DNA of 64,000 nucleotides from Squalus acanthias (Eukaryota): assembly GCA_030390025.1 (NCBI GenBank), contig CM059445.1, forward strand, positions 41,230,001-41,294,000, written 5' to 3'. Each line of letters starts with the position of its first letter. The first letter of the stretch is position 1. A program made the translations under genes and the position numbers. This document shows positions 38,507 to 51,083 of the stretch, piece after piece. The notes under the pieces were generated by a model, which worked only from the letters and a program-made list of their open reading frames with translations, was not told the DNA's origin and made no database searches.

Positions 38507-39394
38507 GGGGGAAAAATTTGGTTGCTTTGTGCCTCCCGTTAGTACCCTAAGAGGGCGCTAATGGGGCGCAAAGCAACTAGTGCCCGGGCGCGACGATGTT
38601 TGCGCCGCTAGCGAAATTGACCAGACATTTTGCGGCGGAGCTAAACACTACCGCCATGATCTCCTGCGCCCGCAGATCGTGACGTCAGTCGAGCGTGCAA
38701 CGCCCCAGTAGCACCCCGGACCGGATATTGAGTGGCGCCCCCCTGCCTTACCGCCTGCCGCTAACAACGACAGGTTGAGGGGAACGTTTTGCAGTCAGGA
38801 AGGGACTGGGGGAGCGCTATTTAAAGACAACTGCTTTCTGACTTTTTTTGTCGGCGACATTTTTGCACCACGCATTCTGAGAGAGAGAGAGAGACTTCTG
38901 GAGAGATTCAACGCTGTGTGAAGGAGTTTTGGGTACTGAGCTGCATCAGGTTCATCTTGATTTGTCCTTTCTTGAATCGATGTAGAAGAGATTATGGGGG
39001 CTGCACTCTGAGCTCTTTCCCTGCCCTCTCCATTGTTCTTTCTAGCAGAATTGATGTATAGGTCTCTCCAGGCCGAGATTCAAGGCTGCAATGAGCAGGA
39101 TGTGGATGGAGAGCAAGATCGACCCTCCCCTTTAAGAACTGGCCGGCGCCAGTGTGTCTGTGTTCCATTGCTGACTGACATCACTTGAGCTCCGCCAGCG
39201 CTCTGAGGTAGCGCCTTGCTCCTCGGCGTTAGCGCCTTAAGAGAGATGTGTAGCGCCTGATTTAGCGCTCCAACCACCTCCAGGGGCGATAGAAGCCAAG
39301 TTTGCAGTCGGAAGCGATAATTAGCGGCAGGCGCTAAACTTTGCGCCCGGCCGATAATTGCGCGCCAAACGGGGCGATACCAAATTTTTTCCCC
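38507..39394. mobile_element. Harbinger MITE, family H2b, copy 1
   Basis: TIRs gggggaaaaatttggt / accaaattttttcccc; TSD AAT (38504-38506, 39395-39397). Confidence 0.88.
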
Positions 39395-39437
39395 AATGCC
39401 TCTGGAGGTGGAAGGAAGAAAACAGGGAAAAATACAT

Positions 39438-40317
39438 GGGGGGGGGGAAATTCAGTTGGTTGCGTCTCCCATTAGTGCCTTATGAGGGCGCTAATGGGGT
39501 GCAAAGCAACTAGCGCCCGGGCGCGGCGATGTTTACGCCGCTCGCGAAATTAACTAGACATTTTGCGGCGGCGCTAAATACTACCGCCACAATCTCCTGC
39601 AGGCCATGACGTCAGTTGAGTGCGCAACGCCCCGGTAGGGCCGGGGAGTGGATATTGAGTGGCGCCCCCTGCCTTACCGCCTGCCGCTAGCAACGACAGG
39701 TTGAGGGGAGTGTTTTGCAGTCAGGAAGGGACTGGGGGAGCGCTATTTAAAGGCGACCGCTTCCTGCCTTTTATTGTTGGTGACATTTTTGAACCACGCA
39801 GTCTGAGAGAGAGAGAGAGAGACTTCTGGAGAGATTCAACGCTGTGTGAAGGAGTTTTGGGTACTGAGCAACACTTTGCAGGTTCATTTTGATTTGCTCT
39901 TCCTTGTATCGATTTAGAAGAGACTGTGGGGGCTGCACTCTGAGCTCTTTCCCTGGGCCTCTCCATTGATCTTTCCTGTAGATTTGATGTACAGGTCTCT
40001 CCAGGCCGATTCAAGGCAGCAGGATGTGGATGGAAAGCAAGATCAACCCTCCCCTTTAAGAACTGGCCGGCGCCATTGTGTGTGTGTTCCATTGCTGACT
40101 GACATCACATGAGCTTCGCCAGCGCTCTGAGGTAGCGCCTCGCTCCTCGGCCTTTGCGCCTTAAGACATGTGTAAAGCGCCTGATTTAGCACTCCAATCA
40201 CCTCCAGGGGCGATAAAAGTCAAGTTTGCAGACGGAGGCAATAATTAGCGCCAGGCGCTAATCTTTGCGCCCGGCCGATAATTGCGCCCCAAATGGGGCG
40301 ATACTGAATTTCTCCCC
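39438..40317. mobile_element. Harbinger MITE, family H2b, copy 2
   Basis: TIRs gggggaaattcagt / actgaatttctcccc; TSD CAT (39435-39437, 40318-40320); colinear with copy 1. Confidence 0.85.
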
Positions 40318-40837
40318 CATGGAATATTGAAAAATTTCAGAGTTTGAAGTGTTTGACTCTTTTAACTGCTTTATTAAAGACACGGAAGTGGGTTTAATAC
40401 CCAATTCACAGATTAGAATTTCCCAGAAACAGGTGTCAAATGCCGAATCCTGTACAACTGGTAAGGCCACACATGGGTGGTGGGTGTGGGGAGAGGTGGG
40501 AGCGGGGGATAGCGATTAAAAAAGCAATTACATGCCTAAGGTTCAAGTTAACTATGGCTCCAGTACATCTGAGAGGTGGGATAATGAGGAGCAAAGGGGA
40601 GGGAAGCAACTTTTCAGCGCAGCGTATAGTGACAGCACTATTCCCGGCCAGAATGAAGATGATTGGATAATTCCCCCGTCAATCAAACCTGGAGACTGCG
40701 CTGCTGTAAGTGACTAGGGTTGATTTTACGCACATAATTAGCATTATGTAACTATCCTTCACTCACTGCATTTTGCTGGAGAAATCACCCTGCTTTTATT
40801 GGGAGATGCTGGTGTAGTTTTGGTCATGTGTTCAGTT

Positions 40838-43300
40838 AGAATCATAGAATCAGATACATTTATGGCACAGAAGGAGGCCATTCTGCCCATTGTGCCCGTG
40901 CCGGCCGACAAAGAGCTATCGAGCCTAATCCCACTTTCCAGCTCTTGGTCCGTAGCCTTGTAGGTAGAATTATAGAATGGTTACAGCACAGAAGGAGGCC
41001 ATTCGGCCCGTCAGCTAACACTTCAGCTAGTCCCACTCCCCCGCCCTTTCCCCATAGCCCTGCAATTTTTTTCCTTCACGTAGTTATCCAATTCCCTTTT
41101 GAAAGCCACGATTGAGTCTGCCGCCACCACCCTCTCAGGCAATAGATTCCAGATCCTAACCACTCACTGTGTAAAAAAGTTTTTCCTCATGTCGCCTTTG
41201 GTTCTTTTGCCAATCACCTTAAATCTGTGTACTCTGGTTCTCGACCCTTCCACCAATGGGAACAGTTTCTCTCTATCTACTCTGTCTAGATCCATCTTGA
41301 TTTTGAACACCTCTATCAAATCTCCTCTCACCTTCTCTGCTCTAAGCAGAACAACCCCAGCTTCTCCAGTCTATCCATGCAACTGAAGTCCCTCATCCCT
41401 GGAACCATTTCCGTAAATCTTTTCTGCACCCTCTCTAAGGCCTTCACATCCTTCCTAAAGTGCAGTGCCTAGAATTGGACACAATACTCCAGTTGAGGCC
41501 GAACTAGTGTTTTATAAAGGTTCATCATAACTTCCTTGCTTTTGTACTCTATGCCTCTATTTATGAAGCCCAGGGTCCCATATGCTTTTTTAACTGCTTT
41601 CTCAACCTGCCCTGACACCTTCAACGAATTGTGCACATATACTTCCAGGTCTCTCTGTTCATGCACCCCCTTTAGAATTGTACCCTTTAGTTTATATTGC
41701 CTCTCCTCGTTCTTCCTCCCAAAATGTATCACTTCACACTTTTCTGTGTTAAATTTCATCTGCCGCATGTCTGCCCATTCCACCAGCCTGTCTATGTCTT
41801 CCTGAAGTCTATCACTCTCCTCCTCACTGTTCACTATACTTCCAAGTTTTGTGTCATCTGCAAATTTTGAAATTGTGCCCTGTACACCCAAGTCCAAGTC
41901 ATTAATATATATCAAGAAAAGCAGTGGTCCTAGTACAGACCTCTGGGGAGCACCACTGTATACCTTATCCCAGTCTGAAAAACAACAGTTCACCACTACT
42001 CTCTCTTTCCTGCTACTTAGCCAATTTCATATCCATGCTGCCACTGTCCCTTTTATTCCATGGGCTTCATCTTTGCTGGCATGCCTATTATGTGGCACTT
42101 CATGAAACGCCTTTTGGAAGTCCATGTACACCAAGTCAACTGCATTGCCCTCATCAACCCTTTCTGTTATCTCATCAAAAAACTCGATCAGTTAGTTAAA
42201 CACGATTTGCCTTTAACAAATCCGTGCTGGCTTTCCTTAATTAATCCACACTTGTCCAAGTGACTGTTAATTTTGTCCCTGATTAGCGTTCCTAAAAGCT
42301 TCCCCACTACCGAGGTTAAACTGACTGGCCTATAATTGCTGGGTTTATCCTTCCACCCTTTTTTGAACAAGGGTGTAACATTTGCAATTCTCCAGTCCTC
42401 TGGCACTACCCCCGTATCTAAGGAGGATTGGAATATTATGTCCAGTACCTCTGCGAATTCCTCCTTAACTTCCCTCACCATTCTAGGATGCATCCCATCC
42501 AGTCCTGGTCACTTATCTACTTTAAGCCTTTTTAGTATCTCCTCTTTATCAATTTTTATCCCATTCAGTATCTCAACTACCTCCTCTTTCACTATGACTT
42601 TGGCAGCATCTTCTTCCTTGGTGAATACAGATGCAAAGTACTCATTTAGTACCTCAGCCATGCCCTCTGCCTCCATGCGTAGGTCTCCATTTTGGTCCCT
42701 AATCGGCCCCACCCCTCCTCTTACTATCCGTTTACTATTTTTATGCCTATAGAAGACTTTTGAATTTCCTTTTATGTTAGCTGCCTATCTATTCTCATAC
42801 TCTCTCTTTGCTCCTCTTATTTTCTTTTTCACTTCCCCTTTGAACTTTCTATATTCAACCTGATTCTCACTTGTATTCTCAACCTGACATCTGTCATATG
42901 CGCTCTTTATCTGCTTCGTCTTACTCTCTATCTCTTTCATCATCCAGGAAGCACTGGCTTTGGTTGCCCTACCTTTCCCCCTCGTGGGAATGTACCTCGA
43001 CTGTACCCAAACCATCTCCTCTTTAAAGGCAGCCCATTGTTCAAATATAGTTTTGCCTGCCAATCTTTGATTCCAATTTACCTGGGCCAGATCCGTTCTC
43101 AACCCACTGAAATTGGCCTTCCTCCAATTAAGTATTTTTACTCTAGATTGCTCCCTGTCCTTTTCCATAGCTAATCTAAACCTTATGATATTATGATCGC
43201 TGTTCCCTAAATGTTTCCCTACTGACACTTGCTCCACCTCATTCCGCAGAACTAGATTCAGCAATGCCTCCTTCCTCGTTGGGCTGGAAATGTACTGATC
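40838..43300 (-). mobile_element. CR1 LINE (long decayed ORF2) plus an adjacent extra CR1 tail (40838-40965)
   Basis: ORFs 42785-43264 (SDHN), 42188-42493 ([18 protein letters not shown]) and 41469-41996 (FADDTKL, LVRPQLEYC). Confidence 0.92.
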
Positions 43301-44164
43301 AAGAAATTTCTATGATTCTATGTACAGGCCATTTGGCCCAACCAATCCATGCTGGCATTTATGCTCCACTCAAGCTCCCTCCCATCCTTCCTCATCTAAC
43401 TCTATCAATATGCCCCTCTATTCCCTTCTCCCTCATTTGCTTATCTAGCCTTCCCTTAAATGCATCTATACTATTCGCCTCAACCACTCCCTGTGTCAGC
43501 GAGTTACACATTCTCACCACTCTCTGGGTAAAGAAGTTTCTTCTGAATTCCCTATTTGATTTCTTGGTGACTATCTTATATTGATGGCCTCTAGTTTTGC
43601 TCTTCCCCACAAGTGGAAACACTCTGGCCGCGATTTTGCCAGTGCTCAGAGGACGGGTTTGGAGGCAGATCGGGAGTTAAAATCCAAATGAATGATGGCG
43701 GGTTGCGAACCCACCGCCATCCCGCCTCCACGCAACTTTGCAAAGTGTCGGGTCTGCGAGTCCCGATCAGACCCGACACCAAACGGCGGGAGAGGCACTT
43801 AAGGCAGTTAACAGTTTGTTAACTGCCTACATAATCCCATTTTACCAGGCTCTTCCCATTTTAGTACATTCTCAGCGTGTTGCCTGTCATGTGTCAAACA
43901 CGCCAGCTGATTGTGCCGGGTTCAGCAAGTAGCTGAATTCTTGACAGATGCTCCTGCAGCATAAAAGCGGACCTGCACCATGGCTGACTTTCAGATGGCA
44001 GAACTTTGCATTTTGAGGTTTTGGAACACATTTTGCAGGTGTATTGAGCTTGTGAGTGTTTAAGCTGAGATCCATGTGCACTGTGACCTCCTTGGAATAC
44101 CCTCTCCCCACATTGACTGAGCGCTTATAACATCTATTCCTCAACTGAGATATATACCAGCGGA

Positions 44165-45400
44165 ATGGGAACCTTTTATACTCTCTCATCCTGGTCTTCA
44201 GAATTGGAGGAAGAGCAGCCGCGGCAGCAGCAGAACCAGACACATCAGCAGCACCAACAATAGGAGCGCCAAGCTTCTCCTCAGCTACCTGATGCTGCAC
44301 AGGGCAGAGGGCATCAGCACAGGGCTCCACCTCGCCGCAGGAGATACCCCCAACACAGGGTTTACAGGCCGAGGATGAGCTTCCTCAACATGAGTGAGCA
44401 GCAGTGCCAAAGGAGGCTGAGACTATCGCGAGAGGTAGTCGCTGACATCTGCGCAATGCTGCACCAACACCTGGAGCCCAGAGGAGTGTGTGGACACTCC
44501 TTACCAGTGGCTGTCAAAGTCACCACCGCACTCAACTTCTTTGCTTTGGGGTCCTTTCAGGGATCAGGAGCAGACATTAGCAGCATCTCCCAGTCGGCCA
44601 AACACACTTGCATCACGCAGGTTACCGATGCCCTCTTTGCAAAGTCGCACAATTACAGCCACTTCTCCACAGATGAAGCAAGTGTAACCGCGCGTGCGGT
44701 TGGCTTTGCAAATATGGCAGGCTTCCCAAGGGTGCAGGACGTCATAGACTGCACACATGTGGCCATTAGAGCACCCCATCACAACCCAGCTGTATTTGTG
44801 AACCGCAAGGGCTTCCACTCCCTTAACGTCCAGCTGGTGTGTAACCACAGGAAGAACATTATGCATGTTTGCACCAAGTTCCCTGGCAGTTGCCATGACC
44901 CGTTCAGTCTACTTTGCCTTAGCTGTTCAATCCGCCAACCCAACTTTCCGGATGGCTACTTGGAGACAAGGGCTATCCCCTGAAAAAGTGGTTAATGACA
45001 CTGATGAGGAGGCCAGCAAATGAAACTGAGGAGCAGTACAATGTCAGCCACATTTCCACCAGAAGCATCACTGAGCAAACCATTGGCTTGCTCAAAATGT
45101 GATTCAGATGCCTCGACAGATCTGATGGAGCCCTGCAGTACGCCCCAGCCAGGGTCTCCAGAATCATCATGGTCTGCTGTCCCCTGCACAACATCGCACA
45201 GCAGCGTGGCTTACTGCTGCCTGAGGAACAAGTGGCTCAGCGCACAGCCTCCTCAGAAGAGGAGGAGGAGGAGGAGGAGGTGGAGGAGGAGGCAGCAGAT
45301 GAGGTATACCTTGCAGAGGCGGATGTGCCAATTCCACCAGCATGTGAGCACATTGCTGGCCATGAGGCAAGGTACACATTAATCCATGCCAGATTCGTGT
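44165..45400 (+). pseudogene. Harbinger DDE transposase (HARBI1-like), disrupted
   Basis: ATG 44165 is in frame with 44375; motifs [55 protein letters not shown]; premature stops (e.g. 44261) and a frameshift near 44900. Confidence 0.9.
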
Positions 45401-45688
45401 ATGTTTACGCGTCGACCACATGTGGCTGGCACATGGAAATAAATGTCTGGCCGACCTTCTTAACACACCATACAGCATCTGCACAATAAGCTGTGGTTTC
45501 CTATCACTCTCACCACCATCATTACAGATGAAAGGCGCCCTGACCCCTCACTGTGCAACTTCCATTTCTGAGCACACATAGGCCAACTCTTTGAATCTTT
45601 GCCATCGCATTTCTTTAATACAATTGAAATCACGATGACACACGTTACTTTGTATGAGATCAAAACACCCAAGTGACTACCCTTGTGA

Positions 45689-47588
45689 TTATTTGTGTGT
45701 TAACTTTCTCTTACGCGTGCTTCTAGGCAGTGCTTCCCCTGTGGCTTCAGCAGATGTAGAGGCACATTGCTCACTTCTATGCTGCGCCTGCTCAGATGCC
45801 TTTGGCGGGTGTCCTCTGGGTTTGGGAGCTTGGGAGGGCTCCGCAACAGTCTGCTCCTCCTGCGGCTGTGCAGGGGCTGAGACGGCCATCTCAGTTGGGT
45901 AAGGAATCTGGGGCTCTGACCGAGGGCTCCGCAGTGGCATGGGAGTGTGAGCGCTAGGAGAGGAGCCCCACTTCCTCGCTGTCGACCACCAACATTCCTC
46001 TCATGGGTCACCCGCACTTCACTGCTAGTAAGTAGCTGGAGAGCACCTTGCTGCACATCAGTGGGGCCATGAGGACCCGTCTCAGTACTGACAGTCCTTA
46101 TAACGGGGACGTCCAATGTTCCTCTGGTGCCTCTCCTCAATAGATGCTCATCTATCCTCCATAGCATACCATCTATTTAGAAGAGTCACCATGTTCATTT
46201 GAGTCTGGCGATTTATGTCCTCCATGGAGGTTGCCATTCTTTTCATGGTGGCACCTACATTTGCCATTGCGTGCACCACTGCAGTGCTCATGTTTAACAT
46301 GGACTCCCCCATTCTCTGCACACTTGCTGTTACCATGGATGCAAACCCTGTCAGAGACTCCTGCATTTGTTCCTGAAGTTCCAGCACCGCTCTCTTTTTG
46401 GATGGCCCCAGAGGCACAGCATCTACATGCAGCTGAGCAGAGCTAGGAGCATCCAGCATCCTTCAACGAGGACTCTCCACTGCTGTCCCTGTCTCCACCA
46501 TCTGCTGATGCTCACTTGTGAGCTGTGATACACCAGGTGACAACACTACTCTATGTCACGAAGGACCCACCGAGGTGTGCGTATCTGCGCTCATTTCTGG
46601 TAATGCTGCTCCCTCAGAGGCTGCAGGTTCCTCTGAGGAGTCGTCCAGCTCTTCCTCCTGGACAGTGGGGAGGGGGGCTCTCGATGGTCCTGTGGGGGAG
46701 TAAAGGCATGAGTTAGACACGTGATATTTAGGTAGCAGACACATCCTATTGTGCAGATGATCAGAAGTCAATCTGTATGAACATCAGATGCCATATCAGT
46801 CACTCATGAAATCTAAATGAGAGGGTTGCAAATCTATTCTGTCACCAGCTTGCTCCACTGCGCCCGTCTCTCTGTCCCCCACTTCCAGCTCCTCTGCACC
46901 TCCGACGATCTCGATAGCAGCCTCCTCAGCGTTTGTTAAATGTGCCATTGAAGGTGGGCCTCCTCCTGTCCTCTCCCTCTCCCTCTTACCGTGGGCTTTC
47001 TTTTCCTGCAATGAGGGACACAAGTGGAGTTTCAGCGAGATTGATGGAGTGAGTGTGAAGAGTCCATAACATAGATGCTTAGAGGGAGACAAAGATGGAG
47101 TGAGGTGCCAATACCAAGGTGCCTCCATGTGCGTTGTTAGTTGTTGTCATTGCATAACAGTGAGAGCGAGTGTGAGGGCAGCATAGTAGGATGGTGAAGT
47201 GATTCTGTACATAGAGAGAGAGGGATGGTTAAGGGTGCAAGGGATGTAAGGGTAGGTTGGGATGTGCAGGAGTAGGCTGACAATGCAGAGTGCTGGTGAT
47301 GAGAACAGATGGGAAGCAGATTGAAGGTAAGTGTGATGTAATACTCACTTTTGCTGTGCGTAGCAGATCATTGAACCGTTTTCGGCACTGGACCCAGGTG
47401 CGTGAACACAACGACCTAGCGCTGACCTCCTCAGCAATTTGCAGCCAGGCTGCTTTGGTTTGCTGAGGAGGCTTCCTCCGGCAATTGGGAGGGAACAGAA
47501 CCTCATTGCGCCCTCTTACTCCCTCCACAAGAGCATGGAGGGAATCGTCATCAAAGCGAGGAGCAGCCTTTGCTCTTGCAGCAGTCAT
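45689..47588 (-). pseudogene. Harbinger Myb/SANT (trihelix) DNA-binding gene, 3 exons, disrupted
   Basis: Exon 1 47588-47349 (APRF...W..IAEEV...RTWVQCRKRFNDL, donor gtgagt); exon 2 47005-46846 (RERERTGGGPP); exon 3 from 46689 with matching phase; stops at 46556 and 46463; basic C-terminus RSTRKRK. Confidence 0.85.
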
Positions 47589-48147
47589 CTCGCAAAGACT
47601 AGTTTTCAGGCGCATCAGAAAGCAAATGAAATCCAAAGGCTGCACGGGCTCCTTAAATGCACCTGAATCGAAGATGTCAGCAGAGGCGAGCAGCAGACTC
47701 GAACCCACTGATTGGCTCGGGGAACGCGCACAGCGGGCTTAATAAGCCCAGTTAAGAAAAAATTGTTATTTCAGAGCGGCAGAAACCGGCAGCGGGACCG
47801 GAACCCGCCGACGAACCAACCCGACCCCAACCCGCCTCCACTGGGAAAATCGTGGCCTCTGTGTCTACTCTATCAGAACCTTTCATCATTTTAAAGACCG
47901 CTATTAGCTCACCCCTCAGCCTTCTCTTTTCAAGAGAAAAGGGACCCAGCCTTTTCATCCTTTCCTGATAGATATAACCTCACACTCCTGGTATCATCCT
48001 CGTAAATCTTTTTTGCACCCTCTCCAGAGCCTCTATATCCTTTTTATAATATGGCGACCAGAACTGTACACAATACTCCAAGTGTGGACTCATCAAGGCT
48101 CAATCAAAGAATTGCTGGCTTGCAGGGCAACCCAGTTCCTATAACAA

Positions 48148-48994
48148 ATAAAAACTGAAAACGCAGAAAACACTCAATAGGTCAGGCAGCATCTGTGGAG
48201 AAAGAATCAGAGTTAACGGCCCAGAAATTGATCTCGCTCTGTTCCCGCGGGGGTAAGCCTTCCCCGCGATGTCTCACCTCGCTTATGCTTTTTCAGATCC
48301 AGCTCGCACGAACTTGATGTTCCAGACATCAGCTGTGCTGGGCTTGCGTATCCCAGCGGCGTAGTGAATTCGTGCGAGCTGTGGGATCACGTGACTCAGT
48401 TAGAGCCAATGGCAGCACACCATCTTCCATTCATAAGTCTCACAGCATGGCTGTGAAATCTATGAATCTTACACCCCCCCAAAATAACAGCTAAACCTCA
48501 ATTAAATTTAAAAAAAAACCCATCACATTAATAAAATAAGTATAGTTAATTAAATTAACCATTTTAAATAAAAAATTAAATTTTTGAAAAAATTTAAAAT
48601 CTTTTAAAAAGTTATAAAAATAAACTTACCTGTCTTTAAAGTCTATAAAAAAGATATACCTGTAAAAAAAAATTCAAAAAAATACTTAATTCACTACTTA
48701 CCTTCTTAAAAGCGGGTCTTACTCCTCCTTTTTACATTTCCAAAATCTTCCCTACTTACCTGCGCGTCCAAAGCATGAAGTGCACAGCGTGCGCGCAGCC
48801 TGTAGCGCGCACGCGATGCACCCAGGCCCCGCCCCCTTTTCAGAAGAGCAATTGCCGGTTTTCAGCGCATGCGCAGGGCATGCAGAAAACCGGCAATTGG
48901 AGTGGGAATACGCGAGAGTACACAGTGCGTACTCTCGCGTCCCGGGATCAATTTTCGGCCCATTGTTTGAGGTCAATGACCTTTCATCTGAACT
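48148..48994 (-). mobile_element. Penelope pseudo-LTR end split by a MITE
   Basis: ggtcaggcagcatctgtggagaaagaatcagagttaac [MITE] attgtttgaggtcaatgacctttcatctgaact. Confidence 0.7.
48218..48961. mobile_element. Harbinger MITE, family H1
   Basis: TIRs ggcccagaaattgatc / gatcaattttcggccc; flanks AAC / ATT (decayed TSD); colinear with 851-1604. Confidence 0.82.
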
Positions 48995-49087
48995 CCGGTT
49001 CCAATAACTGCTGATAACTGCAAACTTGCCCTCTTTTTTAGTGATCTGTGAGAACCACCAGTGTATAAGACTGGTCGGAGAAACCAT

Positions 49088-49839
49088 GGCCCAGATATTC
49101 CCATCGCAGGCCTCCCACGGGCGGAGGACTGCGATCTGGAAAAATCTGCACCCTTATCTGAGGGCTCCCGGGGACGCGCACAATTCCAGTGCTGGGCCTC
49201 TCCAAACTGCAAGTGCGCAGGGCCCACGTATCCCAGAGGCACAGGTAGTTCGCAGCATCCCTGGGATCACGTGGGCCATGGGGAGCCAATCACAGAAGGG
49301 AATCTCCCTTCATACACTTGACAGGAAGACCTGTCTAATATATGAATGGAGATCACCCCCAAAACATAGTAAAACTTTAAATACATTTTAAAAAAACATC
49401 ACATTTTTAAAATGACTTGAAATTACAATAAATTAACTATTTTAAACAAAAATTTAAATTTTTGAAAAAAATAATTAAAGTTTTTTTACGGGGCTAAAAA
49501 TAAACTTACATTTTTTAAAAGTATTTTTAAATGATAAATCAGTGAAAAAACATTTTTTTTCAACTTTTTTTTCAACTCTTATCCTGGTAAAAGCAGGCCT
49601 TAACCAGACGTAAGAATTGTACGGGTTTTCTGCGGGCGGAGGGTCTCCAAAAAGCGGAACTATCCGCCCGCAGAGGCCCTTCTCCAGGGCAGCCGGAGGG
49701 TCTGTCAAGACCATTCTTGACAGATCGGAAATGCCAGTTTTCAGCGCATGCGCTGTGCATGCCTGAAACCGGCATTTCCGATGTCCCTACGGGTGGGTAC
49801 ACAGCGCGTACACACCCGTAGGGATCGGAATTTCCGGCC
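49088..49839. mobile_element. Harbinger MITE, family H1 variant
   Basis: Ends ggcccagatattcccatc / gatcggaatttccggcc; shares ctgggatcacgtgggccatg...gccaat and the AT-rich core with the other H1 copies; TSD unclear. Confidence 0.78.
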
Positions 49840-50858
49840 ATTATACCTAGGCCAAGCTATTGATCATAGTGAATCCCGAGGGAGAAAGAGCAAGTGTGCA
49901 AATTGCAGTAAGTAAAACCAAAGACCTGTACAACCTATCAAAAGAGATCTGGCTTAATCAAGGAATGAAGCTTGTGTAGATTGCTTGGTGCGTTCCACAG
50001 TTTATATTGTGCATATAGTTTACATTCTGTAGGTAGTTAACTTATTTAAATTACCTTGGGTAATAAAGCTTTTATTACTGCCAGTTGGGATCTTTGTTTG
50101 TAACCATATAGTTGTTAATCACAATCTACTGCAGCCCATACAGTGCCGCTCTCTTTAATATCAAACACTAACATGTGATAAAACGTGTCCTGTAAGCTTG
50201 TTTATAATCTCCACTGTGTCATACATTGGCACTAATGTCTTGAAAACTACTTTGGCTACTCAACAAAGTAATATTTATCAGGACCCGTACGAATTTTAAA
50301 GTGGTTGTTTATCTCACATTAGCATTATAGAGAAGTTCCTGACACAAGGGAGTAATCTGTCTTTTCATAACCCTAAACATTTATTACACTTCCACTTGGC
50401 ACCATCCAGCACTTTCAATCCTCTGACTGCAGCTGAAATGAAAATTGCATCTTCAGCAGTAGGTTCTATTAGAGTAATTAGTCCCTGACAAATCTTTTGG
50501 AATCCCAAGGGATTTTTATTAGCGGTTTGAACAACCCAAATAACCCTATGGACAAAGCTGTATGTAAAATTCTGGGAACTTTGCTAAAGCTGATATGAAC
50601 CTAACTGTACCGTTAAATGACTATCTTTGTGTCAATGTACAATGGTCCCCTTTAACTCAAATTGCCAATTTTACTGTAGACTGCGCTAAAGCAAAGTGCT
50701 GTGGAACCATCTCTGGCAGGTGGTCTCACACTGTTCAAGTCTCTTATAACATTAACCTGATGCAAAGCCAAGTTAAAAATGTCCCCAGGTGGTCTCCAAT
50801 GGACCACAAGAGAAGTTTTTAATGTTAGGAGGCAACCCCTTGCTCCTACCAGCACTCT

Positions 50859-51083
50859 TCAATGTTGAGATGTACCCATCCTGCCAGAAGAGCTCCTTCG
50901 TCTCTGGCCAGTCTTCAGTGCGTAGCCAGTAGTATAACTCAGATCTGCTGGCTGAGCATTGCACTCTATGGGTATTGGTCTAAGACTGGAGGTTCCTGCA
51001 GTATAGTGACACTTTAGGGGGTCAACTTCAAAAGTTTTGTAGCTGTGTAGACAATCCATGCTTTCAGATTTCCCAAAGACAGC
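50859..51083 (-). CDS. Candidate terminal coding exon of an unidentified gene
   Basis: Acceptor tatttttcag|, 74 open codons (AVFGKSESMDCLHSYKTFEVDPLKCHY...RRRSSSGRMGTSQH*) in non-repeat DNA, downstream AATAAA at about 50515 and 50071; no family recognised. Confidence 0.35.
   Translation of the reverse strand, partial: AVFGKSESMDCLHSYKTFEVDPLKCHYTAGTSSLRPIPIECNAQPADLSYTTGYALKTGQRRRSSSGRMGTSQH

Larger units (their letters stand above)
43626..47857. mobile_element. Full-length (decayed) autonomous PIF/Harbinger transposon, 4232 bp
   Basis: 19-bp TIRs ggccgcgattttgccagtg / cactgggaaaatcgtggcc, TSD TCT (43623-43625, 47858-47860), two convergent genes. Confidence 0.93.
43320..48100 (-). mobile_element. 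CR1 3' fragment split by the Harbinger element (43320-43625 and 47858-48100)
   Basis: Left part encodes FPLVGKSKTRGH...RRNFFTQRVV; right part FSLEKRRLRGELIAVFK; the two are contiguous once the insert is removed. Confidence 0.85.

Noticed and set aside
44165-45400. Domesticated HARBI1 host gene
   Set aside because: It has stops and a frameshift and lies within TIRs/TSD beside a Myb-like partner, so it is a transposon copy.
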